Below, piece by piece: positions 30,526 through 41,300 of a stretch of 64,000 nt of DNA (its first letter is position 1; each line of letters begins with the position of its first letter). The notes beneath the pieces were generated by a model. That model made no database searches. It worked only from the letters and a program-made list of their open reading frames with translations, and was not told where the DNA came from. A program made the position numbers and the translations under genes. Source of the stretch: Escherichia coli (GTDB lineage: Bacteria; Pseudomonadota; Gammaproteobacteria; Enterobacterales; Enterobacteriaceae); the NCBI RefSeq assembly GCF_003019035.1, contig NZ_CP027447.1; one strand, written 5' to 3'.

Positions 30526-31677
30526 TTACAGCATCTCAATAAAGGCCGCGACACGGGTGCTGAGCTGCCCGATATCTGAGGTGGAGTAGTCTGTTTCAAT
30601 AGCGATATAAGGAATGTTGTGCTGATGACGCACATGACGTTTAATCGCCAGCGATTCCACCGCGTAGGTATGGCACGCCTGCAAAATCACATCAACTACG
30701 CCATCGACCTGATATTCTTCAACCATCTGGCTGAGCATTTGCAGGCGCTGATCGTTCGGCGAAACACAGGAGCAGCCAATCGCCAGATATTTATCCGCCA
30801 GCGCGTCGTAGACATCGCCCGTTTCTGCCACGCATTGCTCGGTCGCTTTCGCCCCGGTGCAGTTTTCATAACCGACAACCCAGCCGCCATTCTCTTCAAT
30901 CGCGCGCACCACTTTTTCTGCTGCGCCGCCAATCGGGCAGCCGGTGATTAAAATGCGCGGACGCGGGTCCAGTCGCTGGCCTTCTTCCCACTGCTGACGA
31001 ACGCGGGCGGTCATTGCATCCAGTTCATTGATCAACGCCTCTTTATCGAACCGGAAGGTTGCGCCGTAAACCACTTTCAGAATGTCGCTGCCGCTAAGCG
31101 CCGGAGGATTTAACTGCCCCAAATGATAAAAGTTGGCCAGTGCGCGACGTTCGCGGTTTTTCAGCACAATGGCATCGCGCAGAGCATCTTCGCTAATCTC
31201 GTGCCCAAAACGTTCTTCTACCGTTTTTTGCAAGCGCAGCATCTCGGCTTTCCATAACGCGCGTGAGGCATCGTCCTTAACGCTGTTTGGCAGTTGCATC
31301 ACATGAACGGGCTTAAATTCCGCCATGTATTCATACATTTTCTTTTTGCCGTCGCAGGTGGTTTCACCCACCACCAGATCGGAAAAGTAGAAGTAGGGGC
31401 ATTTATCGGTTTTGCCGAAGCCGTAGCTGCTTTTAATCAGCGGGCAGAGATTACGCGGCAGGTCTTTTTCCGCTTCTTCAATGGTTTCATCAGAGGTGGA
31501 ACAGAGTGAAACCACAACCGCACCGGCTGCCATTGGGATCTCTTGCGGCATAAAAGTACAGTAGGTACCAACCAGCGGAATGCCGCGCTCCTTGAGATCC
31601 ATGACGGTGAGAAAGCCTTTCTGGCGAGCTTCAGAGAACTGATCGAAAATGGCGGGTAGATCGGTGACAAGTGACAT
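30526..31677 (-). CDS. yjiM: 2-hydroxyglutaryl-CoA dehydratase D-component-like protein YjiM
   Basis: Matches K-12 YjiM from MSLVTDLPAIFDQF...; start set at that Met (the track ORF has a 7-codon extension); Cys-rich (CTFMPQ, GCPIGG, GCSCV) as expected for the Fe-S dehydratase family. Confidence 0.82.
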   Translation of the reverse strand: MSLVTDLPAIFDQFSEARQKGFLTVMDLKERGIPLVGTYCTFMPQEIPMAAGAVVVSLCSTSDETIEEAEKDLPRNLCPLIKSSYGFGKTDKCPYFYFSDLVVGETTCDGKKKMYEYMAEFKPVHVMQLPNSVKDDASRALWKAEMLRLQKTVEERFGHEISEDALRDAIVLKNRERRALANFYHLGQLNPPALSGSDILKVVYGATFRFDKEALINELDAMTARVRQQWEEGQRLDPRPRILITGCPIGGAAEKVVRAIEENGGWVVGYENCTGAKATEQCVAETGDVYDALADKYLAIGCSCVSPNDQRLQMLSQMVEEYQVDGVVDVILQACHTYAVESLAIKRHVRHQHNIPYIAIETDYSTSDIGQLSTRVAAFIEML

Positions 31678-31792
31678 GATTTTCCTTCCCCGTACCACGG
31701 GAGATAATGAAAAGAGGCCACATTATTACCATTCTTTTAGTGCGGTTTATTTGATCTCTCTCGCGGTTAGCCACTTAGTTTTTCATGGATTT

Positions 31793-33073
31793 CTAAAAAT
31801 TGCCGAGGGGGAACAAAGCCGGGAGCTGCGACAGCAAATACAAAATTAGCCCAATACAACCGCCAACTAGCGTACCGTTGACACGGATAAACTGCAGATC
31901 TTTGCCAATATTTAACTCGATTTGCCGCGACATATCCCGCGCATCCCAGCTTTTTACTGTATCGCTGATGTGGCGCGTCAGGAATGCGGAAAACTCAGGC
32001 GCGACGCGGTGCGCGGCTTGTTCCAGGTGACCATTTAACGACGCCCGCAAGGCATCATCGGCAATTAACGTTTCACCAAACCATTGACCCGCTCGTGCGA
32101 TACGTTCTTTCACACGAGAATCTTCACTGTTGATATCCACTTTCAGCCATTCCCGTAAATCCCCCCACAATTCACTGAGATAGCGATTAAAAGCTTCATC
32201 TTCTTTCAGATAGCTTTTTACGGCATCGGCTCGCGCTGCCATTTCCGGATCGTTTTTCAGCTTGTCGATCATGGCAAAGGTGGCGCGATCAAACGCATTG
32301 CGGATCTGATGCGCACGATCGCGACTAATATCATCAAGCAAAGAATTCACCGCGTCAGAAACCAACTCCGCGCTATGTTCGCCCAGCCATTCGGTGGGGA
32401 GAATTTTGGCTTTCAATGGATGCTCGCTCTCCAGCCAGCGAACAATTTGCTGGGCGATAAACTTGCGCGATTTATCGCGCTGGAGAAGGGCGATCAACTG
32501 TGCGATCAGCGTATCCAGCAGCACCTGATGACGATCGTTTTTGGTCATACTCTCCAGCATCAACGCACTGGTGCCGGAAAGATCGACCTTATCAATCGCC
32601 CGATGGACTGCGCGCTTAAGCAGGCGCTGAATACGCGCATCATCGGTCAGTTCAAGAAAACCACTCATGATCTGCAACAGATGCTGACCAACGCGGCGGG
32701 CGTTTTCTGGCTGACTAAACCAGTTGCCAATCAACAACGCCGGTTCGTGACGTCGAATCAATGCCACCAGCGATTGGGTATCGAGAAATTTTTCCTGCAC
32801 GAACTGACCGAGATTTTCGCCAATCCGGTCTTTATTACGCGGGATAATCGCCGTATGACGAGAAATGATCGGAATCGGCACGCGGCGAAATAGCGCCACC
32901 ACCGCAAACCAGTCCGCCAGCGCGCCGACCATCGCCGCTTCAGCAATCGCCTTCACGCCGCTCACCCAAAAATTGGGCGGCAAAAACAGCGTAACGACAA
33001 AGGTAGCAGCGGCGATAAGCAGTAAAGAGAGCGCCAACATTTTGGCGCGTCTGAGTTCAATGAGTTTATTCAT
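31793..33073 (-). CDS. yjiN: DUF445-family inner-membrane protein YjiN
   Basis: 426 aa, N-terminal TM segment then a long helical soluble region; position and size as K-12 yjiN. Confidence 0.8.
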   Translation of the reverse strand: MNKLIELRRAKMLALSLLLIAAATFVVTLFLPPNFWVSGVKAIAEAAMVGALADWFAVVALFRRVPIPIISRHTAIIPRNKDRIGENLGQFVQEKFLDTQSLVALIRRHEPALLIGNWFSQPENARRVGQHLLQIMSGFLELTDDARIQRLLKRAVHRAIDKVDLSGTSALMLESMTKNDRHQVLLDTLIAQLIALLQRDKSRKFIAQQIVRWLESEHPLKAKILPTEWLGEHSAELVSDAVNSLLDDISRDRAHQIRNAFDRATFAMIDKLKNDPEMAARADAVKSYLKEDEAFNRYLSELWGDLREWLKVDINSEDSRVKERIARAGQWFGETLIADDALRASLNGHLEQAAHRVAPEFSAFLTRHISDTVKSWDARDMSRQIELNIGKDLQFIRVNGTLVGGCIGLILYLLSQLPALFPLGNF

Positions 33074-33113
33074 AACGTTAAGAATAGAGCCTGACGGCAG
33101 GATCGCGCAAAAA

Positions 33114-34346
33114 TCACCGCTCCTCCGCCAGCTCGGCAGCCTGATGCTGGCGCACGCGATTGAGCAATCCCGCCAGGGTGAAAACGACGATAACGCCCGC
33201 TAAAACGGCTAACAGATGAAACGGCAAGCGACCGCCGTTAAACCACAGCCAGCGGCCGATTTCGACTGAGACAGACATCACCATCAGGATCACCATATTT
33301 AGCGATGCGGAGACGGTCCCTTTCGGTAAGTTATTGGAAAACAGCGTAAAGCGGAATAAGGTCGGGAAAATCAAACCAATCCCGAAAGCATACAGACTGG
33401 TGCCCAGCACCGACCACAGCCAGACGTGCGGCGACAGCAGATTGCCGATAATCAACAGCGAGAGGCCGACCAGTTGAAGGGGTACGGCACGCCAGATAAA
33501 CCGCGGTTCGGTCGGATCTTTAACGAAACGCGCCACGATGGCATTCGCAACAATCACCGCGCCGAACACCGGAACCTGTGTCCAGGCGAACTGCGAAGTT
33601 GTTAAGCCGCCTGCATCGATAAGGATCACCGGCGAGACAGCCACCCAGCTCATCATCGGGATATAGCTTAAAGAGATGGTTGCTGCGCCAAAGAGGAACA
33701 GCCGATTGCAAAAGACATTACGAAAATCGCGCAAGACGCTTTTGGCGCTAAACGGAACCGCGCCGCGCTTCACCGTCTCTGGCATCGCCAACAGTAAGCC
33801 AACAAATGAGATAAAACCCATAACCGCAATGATGGCAAAAAGGACTTTCCAGTGCATAAAGTGCATCAGAGCTGCGCCGGAAAGCGGGCCGATAATCGGC
33901 GCAATCAGTACGATGGAGGTGATAATCGCCATCAACTTGATCCCTTTTGTCTGTCCGAACGCCTCCTGCACCGTGACATAACCAACGGTGGCAATAAAAC
34001 AGATACTGGTGCCCTGAATGGCACGCGCGATAAGAAACTGTGTCATAGACGTTGTGAACATTGTCGCGGCGCAGGCAAGGGTAAAAATTAGCGCCCCGGT
34101 AATCAGCACCGGCCTGCGGCCAATTCTGTCGGAAAGTGGCCCCAATAGCCACTGTAACGCCATACCGCCAGCGAGATAGAGACTGACGGCAGCAGGGGCC
34201 AGACTGACATCGGCATTAAAATCACGTACCACATTAATAATCCCTGGCTGGATTAGATCCGTCGACAGGTACGCGGCAAAGTCATACAAAATCAACGCCA
34301 TCGGGAAAAACAGCGTGGCGGCATGGCGGGCAAAAAAACGTGGCAT
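33114..34346 (-). CDS. mdtM: Multidrug efflux MFS transporter MdtM (YjiO)
   Basis: Matches K-12 MdtM from [36 protein letters not shown]...; start set at that Met (410 aa). Confidence 0.85.
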   Translation of the reverse strand: MPRFFARHAATLFFPMALILYDFAAYLSTDLIQPGIINVVRDFNADVSLAPAAVSLYLAGGMALQWLLGPLSDRIGRRPVLITGALIFTLACAATMFTTSMTQFLIARAIQGTSICFIATVGYVTVQEAFGQTKGIKLMAIITSIVLIAPIIGPLSGAALMHFMHWKVLFAIIAVMGFISFVGLLLAMPETVKRGAVPFSAKSVLRDFRNVFCNRLFLFGAATISLSYIPMMSWVAVSPVILIDAGGLTTSQFAWTQVPVFGAVIVANAIVARFVKDPTEPRFIWRAVPLQLVGLSLLIIGNLLSPHVWLWSVLGTSLYAFGIGLIFPTLFRFTLFSNNLPKGTVSASLNMVILMVMSVSVEIGRWLWFNGGRLPFHLLAVLAGVIVVFTLAGLLNRVRQHQAAELAEER

Positions 34347-34813
34347 AAAAAACAACTCCTTGTCCGGAGAACCCCAATGGGGAAAACGAAATTCAATACC
34401 GTCGGTAATGACGAAAGGCAGGCGAGAAGGACAAATGTACTGAATTTCATGTAATCAACCACACTGCCTGTGAACACACAGACAGAGAAATACCTTCTGA
34501 CTCCAGGTCAGAATGTATAACGATTACAAATAGTCATCAGCACATTACACCTCTTGAATTGATGGATTGCATAGAAAATATACACCTTAAGTGTAATTAA
34601 AATTTGCGGTTAATCAAAAGAGCGCGGTGGAAAGGGGAATATCTGCCGGGTACAGGACATGTAAAAACACGAGCCTGTTTCCGGAAAAATGTATCGTTTG
34701 CAGAGGAACAAAAATAGCCTGGAAAGCACCTCGGGGAACGAGAAATTGCCGGGTGAGAATTGTTTTGTTAGTCGCTACAGTCGGGCCATCTTATCTACAG
34801 GTGACGGATCGCC

Positions 34814-35770
34814 ATGACAAACTTCACGACCAGTACGCCGCATGACGCATTATTTAAATCCTTTCTCACGCACCCTGACACCGCGCGGGATTTTATGGAG
34901 ATCCACTTACCCAAAGATTTACGTGAACTGTGCGATCTCGACAGCTTAAAACTGGAATACGCCAGCTTTGTCGATGAAAAATTGCGGGCGCTACATTCCG
35001 ATATTCTGTGGTCGGTAAAGACCCGCGAAGGAGATGGCTATATTTATGTGGTGATTGAACATCAGAGCCGCGAGGATATCCATATGGCCTTTCGCCTGAT
35101 GCGATATTCCATGGCGGTGATGCAGCGCCATATCGAGCGTGATAAACGCCGGCCGCTACCGCTGGTCATCCCGATGCTGTTTTATCACGGTAGCCGTAGT
35201 CCTTACCCCTGGTCTTTGTGCTGGCTGGATGAATTTGCCGACCCGGCTACCGCACGGAAGCTTTATACCGCAGCGTTCCCGCTGGTGGATGTCACTGTCG
35301 TGCCAGACGACGAGATTGTGCAGCATCGCAGAGTCGCCCTGCTGGAGTTGATCCAAAAGCATATTCGCCAGCGCGATCTAATGGGGCTTATTGATCAACT
35401 GGCAGTATTACTGGTTACAGGGTGCGCTAATGACAGCCAGATAACCGCGCTGTTAAATTACATTTTACTGACTGGCGATGAAGCGCGTTTTAATGAGTTT
35501 ATCAGCGAACTTATCCGTCGAATGCCACAACACAGGGAGCGAATAATGACGATTGCAGAGCGAATTCATAATGATGGATGGCTGTTGGGAAGGGAGAGGG
35601 GGAGGAAAGAAGGGAAAGAAGAAGGGGAAAAGAGCCTCCTCCGATTGTTGTTGCAGAATGGGGCGGATCCTGAATGGATACAACGATATACCGGACTTTC
35701 GGCAGAGCAAATGCAGGCATTAGATCAGCCCTTGCCTGAAAGCAAGCGCGATCCATGGATCGAGTACTAA
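34814..35770 (+). CDS. rpnD: Rpn-family recombination-promoting nuclease (YhgA-like, PD-(D/E)xK), RpnD/YjiP-YjiQ equivalent, apparently intact
   Basis: 318 aa; N-terminal [24 protein letters not shown] and [11 protein letters not shown] motifs typical of YhgA-like transposase_31 proteins; Gly/Glu/Lys-rich stretch ([16 protein letters not shown]) near the C-terminus. Position corresponds to K-12 yjiP/yjiQ. Confidence 0.75.
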   Translation: MTNFTTSTPHDALFKSFLTHPDTARDFMEIHLPKDLRELCDLDSLKLEYASFVDEKLRALHSDILWSVKTREGDGYIYVVIEHQSREDIHMAFRLMRYSMAVMQRHIERDKRRPLPLVIPMLFYHGSRSPYPWSLCWLDEFADPATARKLYTAAFPLVDVTVVPDDEIVQHRRVALLELIQKHIRQRDLMGLIDQLAVLLVTGCANDSQITALLNYILLTGDEARFNEFISELIRRMPQHRERIMTIAERIHNDGWLLGRERGRKEGKEEGEKSLLRLLLQNGADPEWIQRYTGLSAEQMQALDQPLPESKRDPWIEY

Positions 35771-35797
35771 TCAGAGGCCGATGGCAAACGCAAAGCT

Positions 35798-35826
35798 GCC
35801 TGATGCGCTACGCTTATCAGGTCTAC
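35798..35826 (+). repeat. REP element
   Basis: GCCTGATGCGCTACGCTTATCAGGTCTAC is a close match to the E. coli REP consensus, lying in the rpnD-yjiR convergent gap. Confidence 0.7.
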
Positions 35827-35861
35827 ATAACCCATTAAATATATTGAATTTTAAAGATTTT

Positions 35862-35895
35862 GTAGACCTGGTAAGGTGTTCACATGGCATCCGGC
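35862..35895 (-). repeat. Degenerate REP element in inverted orientation (BIME-like pair with 35798-35826)
   Basis: Reverse complement reads GCCGGATGCCATGTGAACACCTTACCAGGTCTAC, a degenerate REP; the two REPs face each other. Confidence 0.5.
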
Positions 35896-36012
35896 ATGAA
35901 CGAAGCGCATTTTGCCTAAGCCATGCTGGAACGTGGAGATGACCCTGCAAAGATAAAACGAGTCACACGCTATTCGTGAGAGGAAATCAGGGGGCTCGCC
36001 ACTATTTCGAAT

Positions 36013-37425
36013 TCATTCCATTGCCCGATACACGGCTTCGCCAATTTGCTTCAGTGCTTCGCGATAGGTTTCGCTGAGCGGCAAAGCGCAGTTGATGCGC
36101 AGACAATTACGGTATTTGCCGGAAGCTGAGAAAATCGAGCCTGCCGCCACCTGGATTTTCATGCGGTATAGCTGCCGCGCAACGCAAACCATATCGACCT
36201 GTTCAGGCAATTCGATCCACAGTAAAAATCCGCCTTTCGGGCGCGTAATACAGATTTCGCAGGGAAAATATTCCCGTATCCAGCAGGTATAAAGCGCCAA
36301 ATTGCGCTGATAGATCTGCCGCATCCGCCGGATATGGCGATGATAGTGACCTTCCAGCACAAACGTTGCCGCCGCCATTTGCGTGGACGGCACATTAAAG
36401 CTGCTGATGGCATATTTCATATGCAGCAGTTTATCGTGATAGCGCCCCGGTGCGACCCAACCCACGCGCAGGCCTGGAGCAATACTTTTACTGAACGAGC
36501 TGCACAACAGCACTCGCCCGTCGATATCCCAGGAATGAATGGTCCGCGGGCGCGGATACTCCGTCGCCAGTTCGCCGTAGACATCATCTTCAAAAATCAC
36601 AATATCATGACGCTGAGCGAGAGAGAGAACGGCCCGTTTGCGCGCGTCCGGCATAATAAATCCCAGCGGATTATTACAGTTTGGCACCAGAATGATGCCT
36701 TTAATCGGCCACTGCTCCAGCGCCAGTTCCAGCGCTTCAACGCTGATGCCTGTTTCTGGATCGGTGGGGATTTCAATCACTTTCACGCCCATGCCGCGCA
36801 GCATCTGCATCGAACCGTAATAACAGGGGGATTCGACCGCGACAATATCGCCCGGTTTACACACTGCCATCAACGCCAGCGACATCGAGTTATGGCAGCC
36901 GCTGGTGATGATGATGTCATCGGCGGTGACCACCGAGCCGCTGTCGAGCATCAGGCGGGCAATCTGCTCGCGCAATACCCGCTGGCCGGCTAACAAGTCA
37001 TAACCGAGAACGGTTTGCAGATTATGCTGCACCACCCGGCTTAGCTCCCGCCACAGCGGTTTCAGGCTGGGCGTTTCGACATCCGGCGTGCTTTTACTTA
37101 ACGGAACAATGGAACTGTCGCTATGCGCCTCCAGCATATCCAGCACCTGATCCCACTGGGTAATTTCCACCGGGCGCTGCACCGGACGCGTCATCGGCGG
37201 TACTGGCGGCTGGGCTTTACGTTGTGCGACAAAATAACCCGAACGCGGCTGCGGAGTGATGAGCTTCATCGTCTCCAGCGTCTGGTACGCCTGCTGCACG
37301 GTGCTAATACTGACGCCGTGCTCCTGACTCAAGCTGCGCACCGACGGCAATTTCTCCCCGTGACGATACAGCCCTTGCTCAATCCGCTCTGCAAGCAGAG
37401 TCGCCAGATGTTGATAACGCGTCAT
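36013..37425 (-). CDS. yjiR: MocR-type transcriptional regulator (GntR HTH fused to PLP aminotransferase-like domain) YjiR
   Basis: 470 aa; N-terminal GntR HTH (LPSVRSLSQEHGVSISTVQQAY) followed by a fold-type I aminotransferase-like domain; same length and position as K-12 yjiR. Confidence 0.85.
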   Translation of the reverse strand: MTRYQHLATLLAERIEQGLYRHGEKLPSVRSLSQEHGVSISTVQQAYQTLETMKLITPQPRSGYFVAQRKAQPPVPPMTRPVQRPVEITQWDQVLDMLEAHSDSSIVPLSKSTPDVETPSLKPLWRELSRVVQHNLQTVLGYDLLAGQRVLREQIARLMLDSGSVVTADDIIITSGCHNSMSLALMAVCKPGDIVAVESPCYYGSMQMLRGMGVKVIEIPTDPETGISVEALELALEQWPIKGIILVPNCNNPLGFIMPDARKRAVLSLAQRHDIVIFEDDVYGELATEYPRPRTIHSWDIDGRVLLCSSFSKSIAPGLRVGWVAPGRYHDKLLHMKYAISSFNVPSTQMAAATFVLEGHYHRHIRRMRQIYQRNLALYTCWIREYFPCEICITRPKGGFLLWIELPEQVDMVCVARQLYRMKIQVAAGSIFSASGKYRNCLRINCALPLSETYREALKQIGEAVYRAME

Positions 37426-37601
37426 GCTGTATTCCTTATTTGGACCATACAGAGGGAAAAACCGGTACAGATGAGGCTAAAAAACCGGATGCAGATGCTG
37501 TTTTAACCTGTCTGTATGTTAAATAAAAGTAATGTTTGAATCTGTATTGTGAACTGCCAAAAGGCGGATGATGAAGCCTCTGAAAGATGAGGAGGCAGCA
37601 G

Positions 37602-37766
37602 ATGGAATTTCACGAAAACAAAGCTAAAGCACCGTTTATTGGACTTGTGCAACTCTGGCAGGCAGTGAGGACCTGGTGGCTGAAAAAGCAGACCCGGCGC
37701 GTGTTACAGCAGATGAGTGATGAGCGGTTGAGGGATATTGGGTTACGCAGGGAGGATGTGGAGTGA
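37602..37766 (+). CDS. yjiS: DUF1127 small protein YjiS
   Basis: 54-codon ORF below the track's size cutoff (MEFHENKAKAPFIGLVQLWQAVRTWWLKKQTRRVLQQMSDERLRDIGLRREDVE); ATG at 37602, TGA at 37764-37766; divergent from yjiR. Confidence 0.7.
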   Translation: MEFHENKAKAPFIGLVQLWQAVRTWWLKKQTRRVLQQMSDERLRDIGLRREDVE

Positions 37767-37807
37767 TGGGGCAATTTCCCTTCCCGTATGGGGAAGGGGA
37801 GAGAAAC

Positions 37808-38146
37808 TTAGCGTGGCGTTTTGCTACTAATCACCCCAATAAAATCCTGCACCTGCTTTTGTTTACGCGCCGACAGCTTGCACACCTGGCGCAGCGACAG
37901 CATCAGTTCGCTCTCTTCGGCGGCGGGTGGTTGGGCGGTGAGGACAATACAGCCTTCCATCACTTTGACATCTACCGCCGTGCCGGTGGCAAAACCGGCG
38001 GTTTCCAGCCACTGACCTTTCAGGGTGATGGCGGGAATACGGCTGTAATCCGGGTAGCGACTCGCATAACTCACGGTTAATTGACGGTTATTTGCCGGGG
38101 AGACTTCTGCTTCGAACGGTTGTGCAATAGAATGCGTGTCAGTCAT
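37808..38146 (-). CDS. symE: SOS-induced toxin SymE (type I toxin-antitoxin toxin, AbrB-fold)
   Basis: 112 aa, [52 protein letters not shown]... matches E. coli SymE; lies at the distal end of the hsd cluster as in K-12. Confidence 0.85.
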   Translation of the reverse strand: MTDTHSIAQPFEAEVSPANNRQLTVSYASRYPDYSRIPAITLKGQWLETAGFATGTAVDVKVMEGCIVLTAQPPAAEESELMLSLRQVCKLSARKQKQVQDFIGVISSKTPR

Positions 38147-38216
38147 GATTACTATTCCTTAGAAATAGGGATTGTGATTAGCGGTGCGGGTGTGTTGGCG
38201 CACATCCGCACCGCGC
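38140..38216 (+). ncRNA. symR: Putative SymR antisense sRNA (antitoxin RNA for symE)
   Basis: Assigned by position only: in K-12 SymR is transcribed antisense across the symE start and 5' UTR. A TAGAAT -10-like hexamer lies just upstream inside symE on the + strand, and a 9-bp-stem hairpin (GCGGTGCGG ... CCGCACCGC) occupies the predicted 3' part. Ends are approximate. Confidence 0.4.
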
Positions 38217-38223
38217 TAAATAC

Positions 38224-38239
38224 CTGGATATATCATCAG
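38224..38239. promoter_or_regulatory. Candidate LexA box (SOS box) in the symE promoter region
   Basis: CTGGATATATCATCAG fits CTG-N10-CAG with an A/T-rich spacer, about 80 nt upstream of the symE start; consistent with the known SOS control of symE. Confidence 0.5.
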
Positions 38240-38360
38240 TAAATATGGGGAAAGTCCAGCTAAAAATAGAAAATAATAAAAGCGTTACTGGAAAGATCTG
38301 GAAGAGAAATTAACGTTAATTCAGAATGGCCGGATAACAAAGTGTATCCGGCCTTCATAA

Positions 38361-41300
38361 TTAGTTTAAAACACTCATATGATGTTCTTTAAAATTCTCT
38401 GCCTGTGCCAGCACTCCCATATAAACATCATCATTCGCTACTGGCGGGAACTTATGCTTGTGTAGAAGAAGAATAAGTTCAACTTTTAGTTTCGCTTTAA
38501 TATCATCGCGCTTACTCCAGTCAGGATATTTCGATGTGTTGTCAACCACGCTTTTCATCTCTTTTGCCAGTGACAGCATTTTTTCATCGTCATAGGTGAA
38601 CTGATATTTATCGCGCATATGAGCAAGAATGTCGAAAAACGCTTTTTCTTCAATATCAATACCTAAATCGGCCCATGTGCCCATTTCGGTTTTAATATCA
38701 TAGATAATATCGGTCATTTCCTGACTGAATGTATCGAATTCTTCACCGTTGAGTACATCATCTTCTCGCCGCTCATTATAACGATCTATAATCGCCTGGA
38801 AGCGGCGGGTGAAGTTAATCCCTTGCAACTGGTTCACTTTCTTGAAGTCGCTGATCGCTTTTTCCAGTAATTTTTGTAATAACTGGATCTTTGTTGCCGG
38901 AAGTTTGATCTTGTTAATTCGCGCCAGATAATCTTCGTCAAAAATATCGATGGATTCCGCTTTTTTATCGCCAAGAAAATAAATTTCTTCTACGCCATCA
39001 GCTTTTAGCGCTTCTGCAATCATTTCACGAACGCGTGCATTCATCTGGGTGACATCCGGTGCGTCACCTTTCGTCAGTTTGAAAACAATTGAACGAACAG
39101 CAAGATAATAGTGAATATGATCACGTTCTGTCTGTGATAGTGCTTCACTGCCGCAGCAGACGTCGTAGGCGGCTTTCATGCGTTTAACCAGTCCCATAAA
39201 ACGACGTTCAACTTTCTGGGTACGCAGAACAAATTCCGCCGCGCGGTTGAGGCAGGATAATTGCGCTTGTGGCTCACCACTAAAATAATCCCGACTGTCA
39301 AATTCGTAAAAGACTTGCCCCAACAAATCGAGATGGTTTTTAACTTCTATTACCGATTGCTGAATATCTTCAAAGTTGGTGGCATCAATGCGGGAATACA
39401 TTGCCAGTGCCTGGTTCATCTGACTTTTAATGCCGATGTAGTCCACCACTAACCCTTTACTTTTGCCTTCCAGTTTACGGTTAACGCGAGAAATGGTCTG
39501 GATAAGATTATGTTTTTGTAAGGGTTTATCAATATAGATGGTATCCAGTTCCGGGACGTCGAAACCAGTCAGCCACATATCAACAACAATGGCAATTTTG
39601 AAATTCGATTTAGCGTTTTTGAACTGCTTATCCAGCTCTTTACGATATTCTTTTGTGCCCAGTAAATCATAAAGCGCCTCGTCGTCATCTTTACCGCGCG
39701 TCATGACCATCTTCACCATTTCTGAAGGCGGTAACTCTTTCTGCTCCTGTTCCGTCAGGACGACGCCATCGGGGGCTTGCTTCACTTCAAACCAGGTAGG
39801 GCGAATAGCTTTAAGCTGGCGGTAGAAATCCCAGGCAATTTCACGGCTGGCACAAACAAACATGGCTTTGCCTTTTACGGTGGAACCTTCGGCTACGCGT
39901 TTTTCATAATGTTTAGCAAAATCTTCCGCGAGGGCTTTTAACCGATCTTCATCACCCAGTACCGCATTCATGGTTGCGGTGGCTTTTTTGCTTTCGTCGA
40001 TTTGCCACTCATTGGTGCCTGCGTTTGCGCACTCTTCGTAATACTTTTCGACTTCTTCCAGTTTGCTGGAGTCCAGGATCACTTTAGCCGCACGGCCTTC
40101 GTACACGATGCGTACAGTGATTTCATCCTGAACGGATTCGGTCATGGTGTAACTGTCGATCACCTCACCGAAGACATCGAGCGTCGCGTCAATCGGTGTG
40201 CCGGTAAAGCCAACATAGGTGGCGTTTGGCAGTGAATCGTGCAGGTATTTCGCAAAGCCATAAGTTTTGCGCACTTTTCCGCTTTCTTTATCGACGATGA
40301 CTTTCTGGTCGAGGTTAACCTGGCTGCGATGTGCTTCGTCTGAGATGCAAATGATATTGCTGCGTTCAGAAAGGAGTTCGGTGTCTTCGGTGAATTTATG
40401 GATCGTTGTCAGGAATACACCGCCACTATTGCGTCCCGCCAGTTGATTACGCAAATCTTCACGGCTGATAACAGGAACGATGGTGTCGTCGCCAATGTAA
40501 TTTTTGGCGTTGCACATTTGCGCAGAAAGCTGATCGTCCAGATCGGTGCGGTCGGTGATCAAAACAATGGTCGGGCTGGCAAACTCCACGCTCTTCATCA
40601 AAAGACGCGTTAAAAATTGCATGGTGTAACTTTTGCCACAGCCCGTTGCGCCAAAGTAGGTGCCGCCTTTACCGTTACCGAAAGGTTTACGCGCTTGCTT
40701 GATGCTGTAATAGAGTTTGCGGGCGGCATAGTACTGCGGATATCGGCAGCAAATTTTTACTTCGTGCTTAGCTTTATCCGGGAAGCAGATAAAGTTTTTA
40801 ATCACATCCAGCAGACGTACCGGATGAAACAGCCCCTGAATCATTGAGTGCAATGACGGAATTCCGTCCTGTTCACGGTTTTCATTACCGGTGACTTTGC
40901 GCCATGAGTAAAAATATTCATAGGGCGCAAACAGGTTGCCCATCCGGTTATTAACGCCATCGCTAATAATGCAGAGCGCGTTGTAGATAAACAGTTGCGG
41001 AATATCCCGGCGGTAGCGTTTACAGAGCTGCTTCCAGGCATCACCTATACTGGCTTCCTGCTCGCGCACCGCGCTTTTAAATTCAAAGACGACCAATGGC
41101 AGACCATTGATATAGAGAATGCCGTCAGGAATACGAGTCTGATTATCTTTGCCGGAGATTTTAAGCTGGTTAACAATCTTAATCCGGTTAAGCGGCGGAT
41201 TAATATAGGAGGGCGGGAGTTCTGCCGCCTGTTGCAACGGGACATCTTCGGCGTCAAATATCTGGCGCAGTGCGGCAGGTAGATGCCGGGTGTCGAGCAA

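Noticed and set aside
36334-36993. 219-aa ORF antisense to yjiR, and similar antisense or nested ORFs (32309-32893 in yjiN, 56554-57111 in tsr, 58348-58851 in lgoT, 62130-62441 in opgB, 33748-34152 in mdtM)
   Set aside because: All are fully contained within conserved genes on the other strand, lack ribosome-binding sites and give low-complexity translations; treated as non-coding.
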